The notes below the pieces were generated by a model. It was not told the origin of the DNA. It saw only the letters and a list, made by a program, of their open reading frames with translations, and searched no databases. The position numbers and the translations under genes are program-made. From positions 1 to 48,412 of the forward strand of contig NW_021834444.1 of NCBI RefSeq assembly GCF_006345805.1: a DNA stretch of 48,412 nt. The letters are read 5' to 3'. How positions within the stretch are numbered: the stretch's first letter is position 1; every line of letters starts with the position of its first letter. Positions 36,164 through 48,412 of this stretch are shown one piece after another. Source of the stretch: Octopus sinensis. Lineage: Eukaryota.

Positions 36164-36796
36164 ATTATGTGCTAACACATAGAAATATACCCAGAGGGGT
36201 CATTGATATTATTGATGTTGTCGTGGTTGTGATTTAGCTCCAGGTCACCCTTACCGAGCAGACTTCACCATCGAGTTGAATATTTTTAGGTAGACTGATA
36301 CAATTTGAATGGAATTTTAGCTGTGGTATTTTATCCTGTAAGTTTAAGACGGAGCTGAGCTGCTTGCCTTTGCTTATTGCCTTGTTGACATTGTAAATTT
36401 CCGCAAAGGTGATTGTTGCGCAGCAACGCTCAAAGTTAAGATGTTATGTAACGGGGGCGACGGTGCGTCGGCAGTGAGTGAAGCGAGGTCAACGAGTGCT
36501 TGTGTCGTCAGCGTTCTAGATAACACTCCTCTACGGCCGTCTACCACAAAGTAAACAACAGCAATGACAATTGTTGAACTAAATAAAAAATCTAATAGAG
36601 GAGGTGGGCGTATTCTTAAGCATGTTGTAGTTATGGTTGTTGTTCTTCAAAACTCCTTTCGTACACATGTGCCAAGTGTGATTTCAGTATGACTTTACTT
36701 ATTTGTGTGTGTACACACACACACACACACATACTGATAGATAGACAGATAGATATAGATATAGACATGTATATACACATATACATATGTACATAC

Positions 36797-36910
<114 letters not shown>

Positions 36911-36928
36911 ATATATATATGTTATATA

Positions 36929-36986
<58 letters not shown>

Positions 36987-36990
36987 CATT

Positions 36991-37075
36991 ACCTGCAACG
37001 GAATCGGCGTCCCGTCCAGGTGGGGAGCCTATGTGCCAAAGAAACCGAGAAACCGGCCCTTATGAGCCAGGAACA

Positions 37076-37083
<8 letters not shown>
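36991..37083 (+). mobile_element. SINE A tail type i fragment between (TA)n tracts
   Basis: Aligns with 1352-1460. Confidence 0.75.
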
Positions 37084-37171
<88 letters not shown>

Positions 37172-37512
37172 ATATAATATATATATAATCCCAAATTGAA
37201 GGAACGGAGCAGGTAAATCCAGGTTATATATCTTTCCAAGCTAGCAGATCCTCGGAAGTAATATTTACTCAATGAGGGGCACACCACTAGCTACTCATCA
37301 GGCCGAAGATACCTTAGTTACATGAAGGTTACATTGTCGTTAAGGATTCCCAAGTTTACTCACCCTATATATAGTCTAAAATAAAAGTTTACAACTTTCT
37401 ACGTTGATAAACTTATTTTTGTTCCTGAAAGTTGTTTTTTTTTTCATACCTACTACGGACTGCTCAAATCTTACTTCCTACACCTATACCCTTGGATCTT
37501 ATAATTACTTAC

Positions 37513-37543
<31 letters not shown>

Positions 37544-37562
37544 CATACATACATACATACAT

Positions 37563-37593
<31 letters not shown>

Positions 37594-37775
37594 TATATAT
37601 ATATATAAAATACGAAAGATGGGACAAGAACGCAAAACATCCAGACAATTAGGTGAAACAAAAAAAGCAAAACAAAATATCCAGACAGACGATACAAGGA
37701 AAACAAGGACGGATCAATCGGTGTTTTCTATCCTCAGTCGAGTTCCAAATTATCTTTGCAGTTTCGGCTGGTTAC

Positions 37776-37807
<32 letters not shown>

Positions 37808-37811
37808 TATT

Positions 37812-38400
37812 AAACGGCCCCAACCCGCCCATTTTTATAGGTGAAGAGGGTTAACTTGGACGGTGTTAAGTTGTAGATGTTTGGTGATTGTATGGGGTTG
37901 TTACTTTTGGTTAGGGCATTAAAGATTCTTGAGACGTTAAAACTGTTGACTGTTTCTTCTAAATAAGGAAAATTGACTGATGGTGATTCTTAACACAGTG
38001 AACCTTTTCAAAATTGTCATGAGGCCAATAAAATGAAATAAAGCTGTTCAGCCCACATCGGACATCATAATTAACCTTATACTTTTTGCACTCAAACACT
38101 TTCACATTAGGATAAGCACAATGTACTCTTCCATAGTACACACCTCATGTTGACACTTATAGGTCAGACTGAACTCTGTTTTATCTCCAAAGTGAATATT
38201 GCAAGTGATATTGAAGCAATAAACAGTTCTTTGGCTTTTGCATTTGACGACTGTTGCTTTGCGTATTTTATTTCGAATTTCACTGGCGTAGTAGTAAGAA
38301 CTACGGGATCGAATAAATATATAAATGGAAGTTTTAATAACCCAATGGACAGGCAAACAGGAACTGCTACTCAATAAAGGTAAAAAAATACTTAAGGAAG
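37812..38400 (-). mobile_element. Possible decayed RT thumb of an RLE-type non-LTR element
   Basis: Minus strand 37850-37812 reads PSSPIKMGGLGPF (LP.+.GGLG thumb motif); upstream PFIYLFDP only weakly resembles F.YLG.P. Clade not assignable. Confidence 0.35.
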
Positions 38401-39049
38401 TTTCTCTTCTCTCAAAAACTGACACAAAAGGAGTTGAAACTCGGGGGTGAAATAACACAATGTGCAATAAAATAACATAAGGCATGTTCATCGCAAATCA
38501 ATTTTATCTCTAAAATTGAACAATACCGCTTATTTTTTAGAGTTGGATGAGAAAAGTTAGGCAAGGTTTTAGATGTAACCCCACCAAATTTTTCACGTTT
38601 TGTAAGAAATCAATTAGTTTTTTCTACTTTCAGTTGAATTTTGTTGAGAATATCTTCAGAAAATTGGGTAATCACCAGTTATTGATTTGCTTATTTTCAC
38701 ATTTTTGTTCACTTAACGTAACTGCCTTTTCTTAGTAGTTTTTCGTGTCAGCTGGTTTATTGCACAAAAAAACAGCCGTAAGAACACATTTGACCGCGAA
38801 TGCACGCGGTTGATTACAGTTAATTTAAGTTAAGGTAATATCGATTTCTCAGCCGCTTACAAACGTGTGAAAACGCAGAAATGAATACAATTGTTCGTGG
38901 TTCAATATTTAAATCAAAATGAGACTAGCAAGCTTTATTTAAATATATCTGTAATTTAGATGTGAAAAGGTAGAAATGAATTATTTAGAATGTCGGTTAA
39001 TGAAGAAACAGGACAAAAAGATTACAAAAATAGCGATTCTCACTTTGAA

Positions 39050-39193
39050 ACTGACAATTTTGAAAACCTTTTTAGATTACAGAACGTCACACTCTCTCAT
39101 ATATCCATGTTTAAAATTTCAGCGCGGTCGGATGGACAATACTCGAGTTATAAGCGCACAAATAAACAGACAGAACGGGATTTATATATTAGA
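39050..39193 (-). mobile_element. Helitron-like 5' end
   Basis: Minus strand A^TCTAATATATAAAA...ctgtctgtttatttgtgcgc, a similar start to the 6804-7346 element; 3' CTAG end not located. Confidence 0.4.
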
Positions 39194-39350
39194 TGTATGT
39201 ATGTATGTATGTATGTATGTATGTATGTATGTATGTATGTATGTATGTATGTATGTATGAAAGTATGTATGTATGTATGTGTGTATATATAAATGTGTAT
39301 ATATGTATATATATATATATATACACATATACATATATATATATACACAT

Positions 39351-39395
<45 letters not shown>

Positions 39396-39532
39396 CATAT
39401 ATATATAGATACACATAGATACACACACACACACGCATAGATTTACATTCTTACTCACACAAACACATACGCAGACTCACGCAGTCACGCGCTTATATAT
39501 CACAATATAAGAACTGTAAAACAATAAACTAG

Positions 39533-39594
<62 letters not shown>

Positions 39595-39796
39595 CATACA
39601 TACATACATACATACATACATACACAATACTCACGCACACACATGAGTATTCATATATATATGAATGATGTAATCATATTCCGATATAGAACACAATACT
39701 AGAATTCGAGTGAACACATACACACACATACATATAAAAAATTTGGAAGGACGGTCTATGGGATTACCTTAGGTTTCCTGCCCATAAAGGGTTTAG

Positions 39797-39868
39797 CTGC
39801 CGGGAATCGAACTTGCGACGTTACGATCGTGAACAAAATACCCTTAACCACTAAGCCACGCGCTTTCA
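39797..39868 (-). mobile_element. tRNA-derived SINE head only
   Basis: Minus strand gtggcttagtggttaagg...agttcgattccc (A and B boxes). Confidence 0.6.
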
Positions 39869-40079
39869 CGGGGATTTCCCGTATCCGACAAAAATTAGGA
39901 GGGACATTTGTATCACATATAGATATTTTCGGCTCATCGTAAATCCGTGTGTGCCTGAGTGTGTGTTCCTGCGTGCGTGTTCCTGCGTGTGTGTTTGTGT
40001 GTGTGTGTGTGTGTGTGTATACATGTGTGAGTGCATAGATTTACATACATACATTTATATGTGTGTATATGTATGAATG

Positions 40080-40146
<67 letters not shown>

Positions 40147-40294
40147 ATACGTACATACACACGCACTAATCTTTGTTACACCAGGATTTACTGTACTGTA
40201 ACAACGGTATCGGAATTTAGATGTATTGTTTACTGAGCTCTTAATTGCCGCTGTTATATTGTTTGATGTTTATTTATCAGCTCTAAATATAGAT

Positions 40295-40621
40295 GTGAAG
40301 GCGCAATGGCTCACATGTTAGAGCATCGCGAGGGAGTAAGTTCAATTCCCGGACCGGGCTGTGTGTTGTGTTTTTGAGCAAGACACTTTTATTTCACGTT
40401 GCTCCAGTTCACTCAGCTGTAGAAATGTGTTGCGATGCCACTGGCGACAAGCTGTATCGGCATTTGCCTTTCCCTTGGACACCATAAGTGTCGTGGAGAC
40501 GTGGGTGGGGGATGGTGTGCATGGGCCCCTCTGGTCTTGCATAAACAATCTTGCCGGACTTGTACCTCGGAGGGGAACCTTCTAGGTGCAATGTCATGGT
40601 CATTCATGACCGAAGGGGGTG
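40295..40621 (+). mobile_element. SINE family D with tail type iv
   Basis: tRNA-like head, core ttgagcaagacacttttatttcacgttgctccagttcactcagctg, tail ending accgaagggggt. Confidence 0.75.
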
Positions 40622-40625
40622 GCTT

Positions 40626-40998
40626 TTATTTTATTCTTGTACTTGTTTCAGTCATTTGATTGGGGCCATGCTGGAGCACTGCGGTAAAGAAATTTTAGTC
40701 GAAGAAATCGCTCCCTTGGACTTATTCTATCAATTCTCTTTTGCCGGACCGCTAAGTTACGGGGACGTAAACACACTAACATCAGTTGTCAAGCGATGAT
40801 GGGGAAACAAACACAAAGACTCACACGCATACACATATACATATACATCTCGACATATATATACGACGAGCTTCGCTCAGTTTCCATCTACCAAATCCAC
40901 TCACAAAGCTTTGGTGGTACCAATGCTATATTAGATGACACTTGCCCGGAACCTTGTGGTTGGGAAGGAATCTTCTTACCACACAGTCACGTCTGCGA
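40626..40998 (-). mobile_element. SINE family B, diverged
   Basis: Head-to-tail match with small deletions. Confidence 0.8.
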
Positions 40999-41531
40999 GA
41001 TATAATAAATATAATAGATTTTGCAGTTCCTATTTACCATATGAATATATGTGTGTATGTACGTTTGTAAGTGTGTGTGTGTGTGGTGGGGTGTTAATCA
41101 CTATGCTCAGAAAAATAAGATTGTTCCAACATGTATCGTGGCTGGCCTGGCAGTCTTCAGAGAAAAAAATCTCATCCTTATGCCTACTAAGAGATCTTGA
41201 AAGTAGTCGTTTTTTAAGTTTGTCACAAACCAGTACGTAGTTGAAATAGCCATATATATATATGCATGAAAGAAGTGTTGAATATGTGTAGGACATATGA
41301 GTGTGTATGTATGTGTGTGTGTGTGCGTGTGAGCGTGTTGTTGTGTGAGTGTGCGTGCGTATGTATGTGAGTGCGTGTCTGTGCGTGTTTGTGTGTGTAT
41401 ATAAACCATTTTTAATGGTTCGACATGAAGTAGATAAATCTACAAATGACAGCATGTAAACACAGCGTTAAAAAGCCCTTGGTTGAAAAAGCTCAAAGGA
41501 TGTCCGTAGGACACGAACCCACAACACACAC

Positions 41532-41569
<38 letters not shown>

Positions 41570-41639
41570 CAAAACTTACTTGGAGGAGATGAAACGAAAC
41601 GAAAACGAATCGAATCAACGCGAGGGCGCTCAGTCATAC

Positions 41640-41809
41640 AATAGTGTACTAGATAAAATATATGCATACATACATACATATATGTACGTACCGACATCTA
41701 CATGTATATATACATGTATATTATATATGCATACGTACATATATGTATGTATGTATGTATGCATATATTTTATTTATTACACTATATATATATATATATA
41801 TATATAAAT

Positions 41810-41843
<34 letters not shown>

Positions 41844-41848
41844 GTATG

Positions 41849-41892
<44 letters not shown>

Positions 41893-42119
41893 GGACGCAC
41901 ATATATACACGCACGTACTTATATACGCGTACACGCATATACGTATATATGCTTTTGTGTACGCGGGCGAGTATGTACGTTTGTATGTGTATACATATAT
42001 ACATACATACATTCATACATACATACATACATACATACATACATACATACATTCATACATAGATACATACATACATACATACATACATACATACATACAT
42101 ACATTCATACATATATACA

Positions 42120-42150
<31 letters not shown>

Positions 42151-42170
42151 GTACATATATAAATATGACT
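41640..42170. repeat. (TA)/(TACA)n microsatellite block
   Basis: Direct reading. Confidence 0.9.
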
Positions 42171-42579
42171 ACCTGTAAACATACATTTTCTATTTATCGT
42201 ATTTGCAATGAATATCGTTATCTGAAGATTAATATCCTAAATATTTATCTCTTTGTACTTGTTAGTATATCTAAGAGTGTATTTACCAAAATACCAAGAG
42301 TCAAAGTTCTCTTTAATCTATCCTATCCCATTGCACTCACTGTACATGTATTTTTATAATTAGCCCTCCCCCACAAAACCTAATAATTTGGCCGTATTTC
42401 TTAACGAACATCTGAAAATTATCTTCGTTCACGTTCATACATCCATCCGTCAATAGAAAAGCTTCCACTCTATATAATCTGTATTTACGTATCACGTACA
42501 GTACGGAAATGAAACTATCCCGTCTAAGATAAAGTATGTTCTAAGATATGAATGTCTTTATATTCGACACCTTAGCAAA

Positions 42580-42785
42580 GGGGTGAGCTGGCAGAAACGT
42601 TACCTCGGACCAAGTTGTTCTCAGATTTACGTTCTAATCTTATCTTGGTCGACTTAGCCTTTCTGGTTTTTTTTTCAAATCCTTTCGAGGTCGATGAAAT
42701 AAGTACCAGTTAAACACTTGGGTCAATGCAATAGGGCTAGACTTTTCTCCTAAAATTTCGGGCTTTGTGCCTATAGTAGAAAAAA
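42580..42785 (+). mobile_element. SINE family C, diverged
   Basis: gagctggcagaaacgtt...ggtcgacttagcc...tcctttcgaggtcgatgaaataagtaccag. Confidence 0.75.
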
Positions 42786-42810
42786 AAATCATTTTTATGA
42801 ATATTATATG

Positions 42811-43077
42811 TTGGCAAGATCGTTAGCGCGTCGTGAAAATTCCTCAGCGGCATTTCTGTTGGCTCTTTACATTCTGAGTTCAAATACCGCCGAGGTGAAC
42901 CTTTCCTTTTATCCTTTCGAGGTCAATGGAATCAGTACCTGTTGAGCACTGGGGTCGATATAATCGACTATTCCCCTTCATCCAAAATATCAGGCCTTGT
43001 CCCTAAAGTATGAAGGATATAATCGATTTAACCCCTCTTCTCAAAATCGAACTCCTTGTGCCAAGACTAGAAAGAAC
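42811..43077 (+). mobile_element. SINE family C, diverged, with duplicated tail
   Basis: tttacattctgagttcaaataccgccgaggtgaacc...atcctttcgaggtc. Confidence 0.75.
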
Positions 43078-43296
43078 GAATCGACCTCAAAAAAAAAAAA
43101 AAAAACCGCAAAAGAATCTTGTCTATTTTTGCCCATACATGTATAGATGAATGGTGAACCTTGATCTACCCAACATCTTTCCGCATATTAATCTCTTTCT
43201 ACAACTTACCTCGTATAAAGATTCTTTGTATTGAAATTTAGGGGCACTGATCTCCATAATATATTTGATTGCCAGACTGCTTTTAGTCCGTCTCGA

Positions 43297-43800
<504 letters not shown>

Positions 43801-43848
43801 CTTTCTCTCTATATATGTCTGTATATGTATAAAAAAATGATAAACGTC

Positions 43849-44046
43849 GCCCTTTTCAAGCCTAGCCAGGCACATGGGCCCTGTTTCTGTGACGTATGTG
43901 TCCCCACCAGCTGGACGGGGCCAGTCCATCGCAGCGTTACTCAAGAAACAGGAAGAGAGAGGGAGAGAGAAAGTTGTGGCGAAAGAGTACAACAGCGGTC
44001 GCCACTACCCCCTGCCGGAGCATCGTGGAGCTTTTAGGTGTTTTCG

Positions 44047-44047
<1 letters not shown>
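43849..44047 (-). mobile_element. SINE family A body plus tail type i, head missing
   Basis: Reverse complement aligns with 1245-1440. Confidence 0.75.
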
Positions 44048-44106
<59 letters not shown>

Positions 44107-44199
44107 ATATATATATATATATATATATATATGTAGGTCCCGGGTTGAGTCGGGGTTAACCACAGTAAATAAGGTACTCAATACATAGCAGAGTAATTA

Positions 44200-44302
44200 A
44201 TTTATTTTATAGAAGGAGCTTCTACAGGACTAGAACTGTTTCATTCATTTTTTTTTTGAATGAAACAGTTCTAGTCCTGTAGAAGCTCCTTCTATAAAAT
44301 AA

Positions 44303-44304
<2 letters not shown>
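44200..44304. repeat. Perfect palindrome, 48-bp arms and 9-nt T loop
   Basis: 44200-44247 is the exact reverse complement of 44257-44304. Confidence 0.95.
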
Positions 44305-44380
<76 letters not shown>

Positions 44381-44463
44381 ATAAAATATTAGGGAATAAA
44401 TCCAAACTTACAGGGAAAAATCAGATTTAGGATTGAATCCAATTTTATATTTAATATATAATA

Positions 44464-44516
<53 letters not shown>

Positions 44517-45913
44517 CAAACACGCACACACATACATACGTGCAGACTAGCACATACCAGTAACTAAACGCACTTCTATTGTTAACATGTTTGTACTATT
44601 TTTACTTCCGGGAATAGTAAACTACATACTTCTTTTAATTAAATCTACCCGCCTTGATTGTACTCACGCTATTGGTATTCGTATAATTTGCCTCAGAAGT
44701 AATTAATCAGCTGTGTTTTCAAAGCCAATATCCTTAAATGTTTCCCCACCCCTACGCTTTGTCCATCGTTTAATTGATTCATTCAAAACCTAAATTTCAT
44801 CTACACACATTAGGATGCTATTTCATCATTCATCCCTCGCTTGTTTCAGATCATGCTGGGGCACCTCTTTGATGGATTTTATTCGAACGAATCAATCCAA
44901 GACATTCTCAAGAGAAGTCTGGTATTAATTGTATAAATGCCTTTTGCTGAACAGCTAGAATAAGTACCAGGTTTAAAAAATAAAAACAGTGAGTACAGGA
45001 GCCGATTATAACCCCTTCAAGGCGGGCCCCATCTTAGCCTCCGTCACTTTGAAGATGAAAATCATGTTTTCTCAATGATTTTTTGATGTATTTTAAACAA
45101 ATGTGACCATCAAAACAGCCTAAAATCATTCGTTCTATAGATAAAATTTCACCTTCAATGTGAGGCGGGTGTACATAGTGAAAAGTTAACAAAATCGGGC
45201 GGTTTATTGAGTTATGATCCGCCGGTGGCGGATAGATGCACTCAACATGTCGGGTGTCCTCTTGTACGAAAGTCAGGAAGACCTTCGGTCCCAGTCACGG
45301 GGGTGGGGCATGTGGCACCCCCGCCTGGACTGCGGGTCCTGTTGGCGAAGTTGCCCCGTTCCACTTTAATATATTGGGAACTCCCTGTCCCTTGAGCTTG
45401 CGTTCGCACTGCGCGGGTCGCCCGCTTCAATTGGCCTCGGGGGTAGAGGAGGTGGGGTGCGAGGGGCCCACCGCTTCGGTCCACCCTCGCGCCCCATGTT
45501 GCGTCCGGGAACCATGCCTCCACGCGGTACGGTGTCGAACGGGAGTCCGATGACAGACGCGGATCATACTTTCAAACGATCACATTACGGCATACTAGTT
45601 AAATCTTATTCGTTTTAATAAAACATAAAAAATTGCTCAAATCTAAACTTATCTCATTTTATTTGTGTTCGTGTGTGTGTTTTTTTCTTTCTGATAATCT
45701 TTAGATACAGAGATCGCGGTATATAACAAAATCACTTTGAAAGATTACCATTTACGATAATAAATTGCTTTTGTACTGTTTGTTATGTTTACCCCAAATA
45801 TATATTTAGGTTAGGCATGGTTTTTTATTAAAACGCAATAAAACAGTTAACACACGCGTGCGCTCACAGACAGAGATACGCGCAAACACTCACACATTCG
45901 TACATTCACACAC

Positions 45914-45984
<71 letters not shown>

Positions 45985-46017
45985 TATACGTTATTAAAAA
46001 GCAGCAAACATATTACA

Positions 46018-46063
46018 AAAACTGTTACTCAGAGTTTCACGTTCCCGTTCGTCGGACAGTTTT
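46018..46063 (-). ncRNA. Minimal type I hammerhead fold with a U4->C core variant
   Basis: aaaactgt-CCGACGA-acg-ggaa-cgt-GAA-actc-t-gagt-A-acagtttt: stem I 8 bp, stem II 3 bp with GGAA loop, stem III 4 bp, triplet GUA. Confidence 0.7.
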
Positions 46064-46078
46064 ATTTAGATTCTAGAC

Positions 46079-46124
46079 AAAACTGTCCGACGAACGGGAA
46101 CGTGAAACTTTGAGTAACGGTTTT
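46079..46124 (+). ncRNA. Second minimal hammerhead fold (mirror copy)
   Basis: aaaactgt-CCGACGA-acg-ggaa-cgt-GAA-actt-t-gagt-A-acggtttt; both substitutions leave G-U pairs. Confidence 0.65.
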
Positions 46125-46261
46125 TGTGATATTTTTGCTGCTTTTTAATAAAGCATATTACTCTGCCTCTCGTATTCGAGTACTATTTTTTCCACCTTGT
46201 TTCGCATTTATGTGATTATTCTGGTATATGAGAATATGTATAGATATATATGTATGTGTGT

Positions 46262-46772
46262 AGGCTTATATCAAGTGCCTGGAAGAGGTAGTGCTGCCCT
46301 GGGTCAAGAGGGTGGGTTCTGGAAGACCCTATATCTGGCAACAGGACTCTGCGCCATGCCACACAAGCAAGAGAACCCAGTCATGGCTGTCAGACAATTT
46401 CTGCGATCACACCACCCTTAACATCTGGCCACCTAACTCCCCAGACTGCAACTCCCTTGATTATTACGTGTGGGGTGCAGTTGAGCGAGAGACCAACAAA
46501 ACTCCTTGTAACACCCAATGATGAATTGAAAGCAAGGATTATAGACAAGGCAAGGATTATAAACAAGGTGACCGTTCAGAAGAGTTGCAGGAGATTCCGA
46601 AGTCGTCTGGAGGACGTGGTTGAAGCCAATGGCGATTTTATTGAATAAATTTACTCTTTAGTATTTCAAGATAACTTTATGTAATTTGGGTAAATATATT
46701 TTTTAAAATGAAATGTCAGTGTTATTTTCATTTATGCTTAATTTCGACGACAGTTTTATTTATCACACCCTG
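46262..46772 (+). mobile_element. Mariner (maT/DD37D-like) transposase C-terminal fragment plus 3' TIR
   Basis: ORF 46291-46521 GRPYIWQQDSAPCH...WPPNSPDCNSLDYYVWG; 46457-46648 ends RFRSRLEDVVEANGDFIE*; terminus ...tatcacaccctg|TA. Confidence 0.9.
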
Positions 46773-46794
46773 TAAACATATATGTGTACATGAC

Positions 46795-46945
46795 AAACTT
46801 CTTTCAGTTTCCGTATACTAAATGCACCCAGAAGGATTTGGTCGGCTGAGAGTTACAATAGAGGACATCAACCCAAGGTGTCACTCAGTGCATTTGAATC
46901 CGGAACCATGTGGTTGGGAAGCAAGAGCTGCACCCGCACCTAATA
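46795..46945 (-). mobile_element. SINE family B 5' part, diverged
   Basis: ttctttcagtttccg...ccggaaccatgtggttgggaagcaag. Confidence 0.7.
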
Positions 46946-47269
46946 TATTGAAAGTATATAAATAAATAAACGAATAAAGCAAACAATGTTTACAATAGTT
47001 AAAATCGCAATAAATAAAAATACCAAAAAGGTAATAAAAAAAAAACGTGATTTTACGAGAGCTGTAGGTATACACATTTTAGTGAAAAATAAATTAAATA
47101 AACAAATTTTAAATCGAAGCTGTCTTCTCTAACAACTAAAAGATTTGTAGAAAGGAAAGAACGGACATAAAAAAAACAAGCAGGAAATATTTACAAATAT
47201 TTATTTTAGAAATTAAAATAAAATTTAAAAAAAGCAAAAGAAAAGCAAAAACAAACAAACAAACAAACA

Positions 47270-47437
47270 AATACACCGAGGCAGAATTGTCCTCAGATTG
47301 ACACCCAAACACTCTGAAATGTTCGTATTGAAGCCTCTGGCGCGAATACCAAGCTGTACAACATGTCGTTTCCAAATTTCTGGCAAAGGGACTTGCGTCA
47401 TGGTGCTGTTTTTCTCACAGACGTTGCCCAACTGACC
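47270..47437 (-). mobile_element. Mariner transposase N-terminal HTH remnant
   Basis: MTQVPLPEIWKRHVVQLGIRARGFNTNISECLGVNLRTI, an HTH-like I(A/S)..LGV..RT(V/I) pattern. Confidence 0.55.
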
Positions 47438-47787
47438 CGGCTGTGTGGTTATGAAGCTTGCTTTGCAACCATGTGTGTGTTTTCGGGTCACCTTGGGGCA
47501 ATTGTCTTTTACTTTAGATCCAGACTGATGAATGCTTTGTGAGTGAATTTGGGAAACGGAAACTGTTTAGAAGCTCGTCGTCTGTATGTGTGTGTTTGGG
47601 TTGGTCTTCCTCCTCCTCAACACACACACTGTTTGACAACCGGTGTTGGTTTGCTTACGTTCCCATAACATAGCAGATCGTCAAACGATAGAATAAGTGC
47701 CAGACTTAATAATTCGACTAAGTCGTTTAAGGCGGTGCCCCAGCATGGCTACAGTCCAATGACTGAAGCAAGTAAAAAAAGAAATAT
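47438..47787 (+). mobile_element. SINE family B, full length, diverged
   Basis: ggctgtgtggtt...ggcggtgccccagcatgg...gactgaagcaagtaaaa. Confidence 0.8.
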
Positions 47788-47911
47788 GAGACGTATCTCA
47801 GAAAATTTTGATGCGTTGACATCCTGAGTATATAGACTGCATAAACAGTGACATAGCGTGAGCTGTGCGTGAACAGGGCAGCCATTTTATATATTTGTAT
47901 TTGCTGTAGTC

Positions 47912-48412
47912 CAGGGGTGGGGAAACCCCGCCCGCGGGCGCAATTGCGCCCGGGAGCCCGTTTTATTGTGCCCACAGGCTGATATACTCATATGTACGAA
48001 ATATAGTAAAGTTTTCAATCAAAATTTATTCAATATTCGTATACCTATTTTCGAGAGGTCGCGTTTTCACTACGACTTAAAATGATCAGAAATCGTCCGA
48101 TAATTTCCATTTGAATGAAAATTTTGTTTTCACTATAAAGCACATGTTGTTAGGTTTATACTACACCCTTGAGTCCCAACTACACTTGCTGAAAAATACA
48201 GAATACCTCATGAGTAATATAAACGTCCTAAATCAGTGGCGGCGTTGATAACGATGTTACGCGTTAATTTAATGTGTTAATCTTATCTTTATTAATGTAT
48301 ATAGAATTATACATAGATATATACAAGATTTACACTGATATGAGTTAATATCTGTGATCAGCCCGTGGACCTTTTTCTTAGGAAATTTTTGCCCGCCGCA
48401 CTAAAAAATTTC
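47912..48412 (+). mobile_element. hAT-type MITE, right TIR just beyond the window
   Basis: Starts caggggtggggaaa...gcccgcggg; the window ends ...gcccgccgcactaaaaaatttc, as expected just before a matching TIR. Confidence 0.55.

Larger units (their letters stand above)
45991..46151. repeat. Inverted repeat, 73-bp arms (4 mismatches) and 15-nt spacer
   Basis: 45991-46063 versus 46079-46151. Confidence 0.95.

Noticed and set aside
37230-37330. Minus-strand CTGATGA...GAAA near 37315, and CTGAGGA near 37735
   Set aside because: Stem I and the base of stem II fail; not supportable as ribozymes.
41100-41260. Non-repetitive segment with open frames and a possible acceptor (ctatgctcag)
   Set aside because: No recognisable protein and no convincing donor; needs RNA-seq.
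47522-47572. CTGATGA...GAAA inside a SINE B copy
   Set aside because: Stems I and II do not pair; chance product of divergence.

Overview
AT-rich, microsatellite-saturated eukaryotic DNA, most likely from an octopus (inferred from the repeat families and the TA/TAA/TATG microsatellite load; not verified by a search). I could not support any host protein-coding exon, rRNA, functional tRNA gene or CRISPR array; nearly all long ORFs in the track are microsatellite translations or decayed transposon ORFs. The window is transposon debris: more than 30 copies of four tRNA-derived SINE families (my labels A-D), nine R4/Dong-type RLE LINE fragments (eight on + between 21.8 and 34.3 kb, nearly all abutting (TAA)n), three Penelope-like (PLE) fragments, and Tx1, RTE, maT-type mariner, hAT and Helitron remnants. 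Highlights read from the sequence: (1) five type-I hammerhead ribozyme folds (7445, 8186, 26164, and a back-to-back pair at 46018/46079); (2) a same-strand train of TAA-embedded R4/Dong elements with a 541-bp non-coding passenger element that shares the target; (3) a PLE with twin-priming inversion geometry that splits a tRNA-like 3' tail; (4) SINE heads swapping 3' tails and SINE dimers inside one TSD pair; (5) fold-back palindromes centred on (AT)n that may be assembly artefacts. Boundaries of decayed elements are approximate, roughly +/-10-30 bp.
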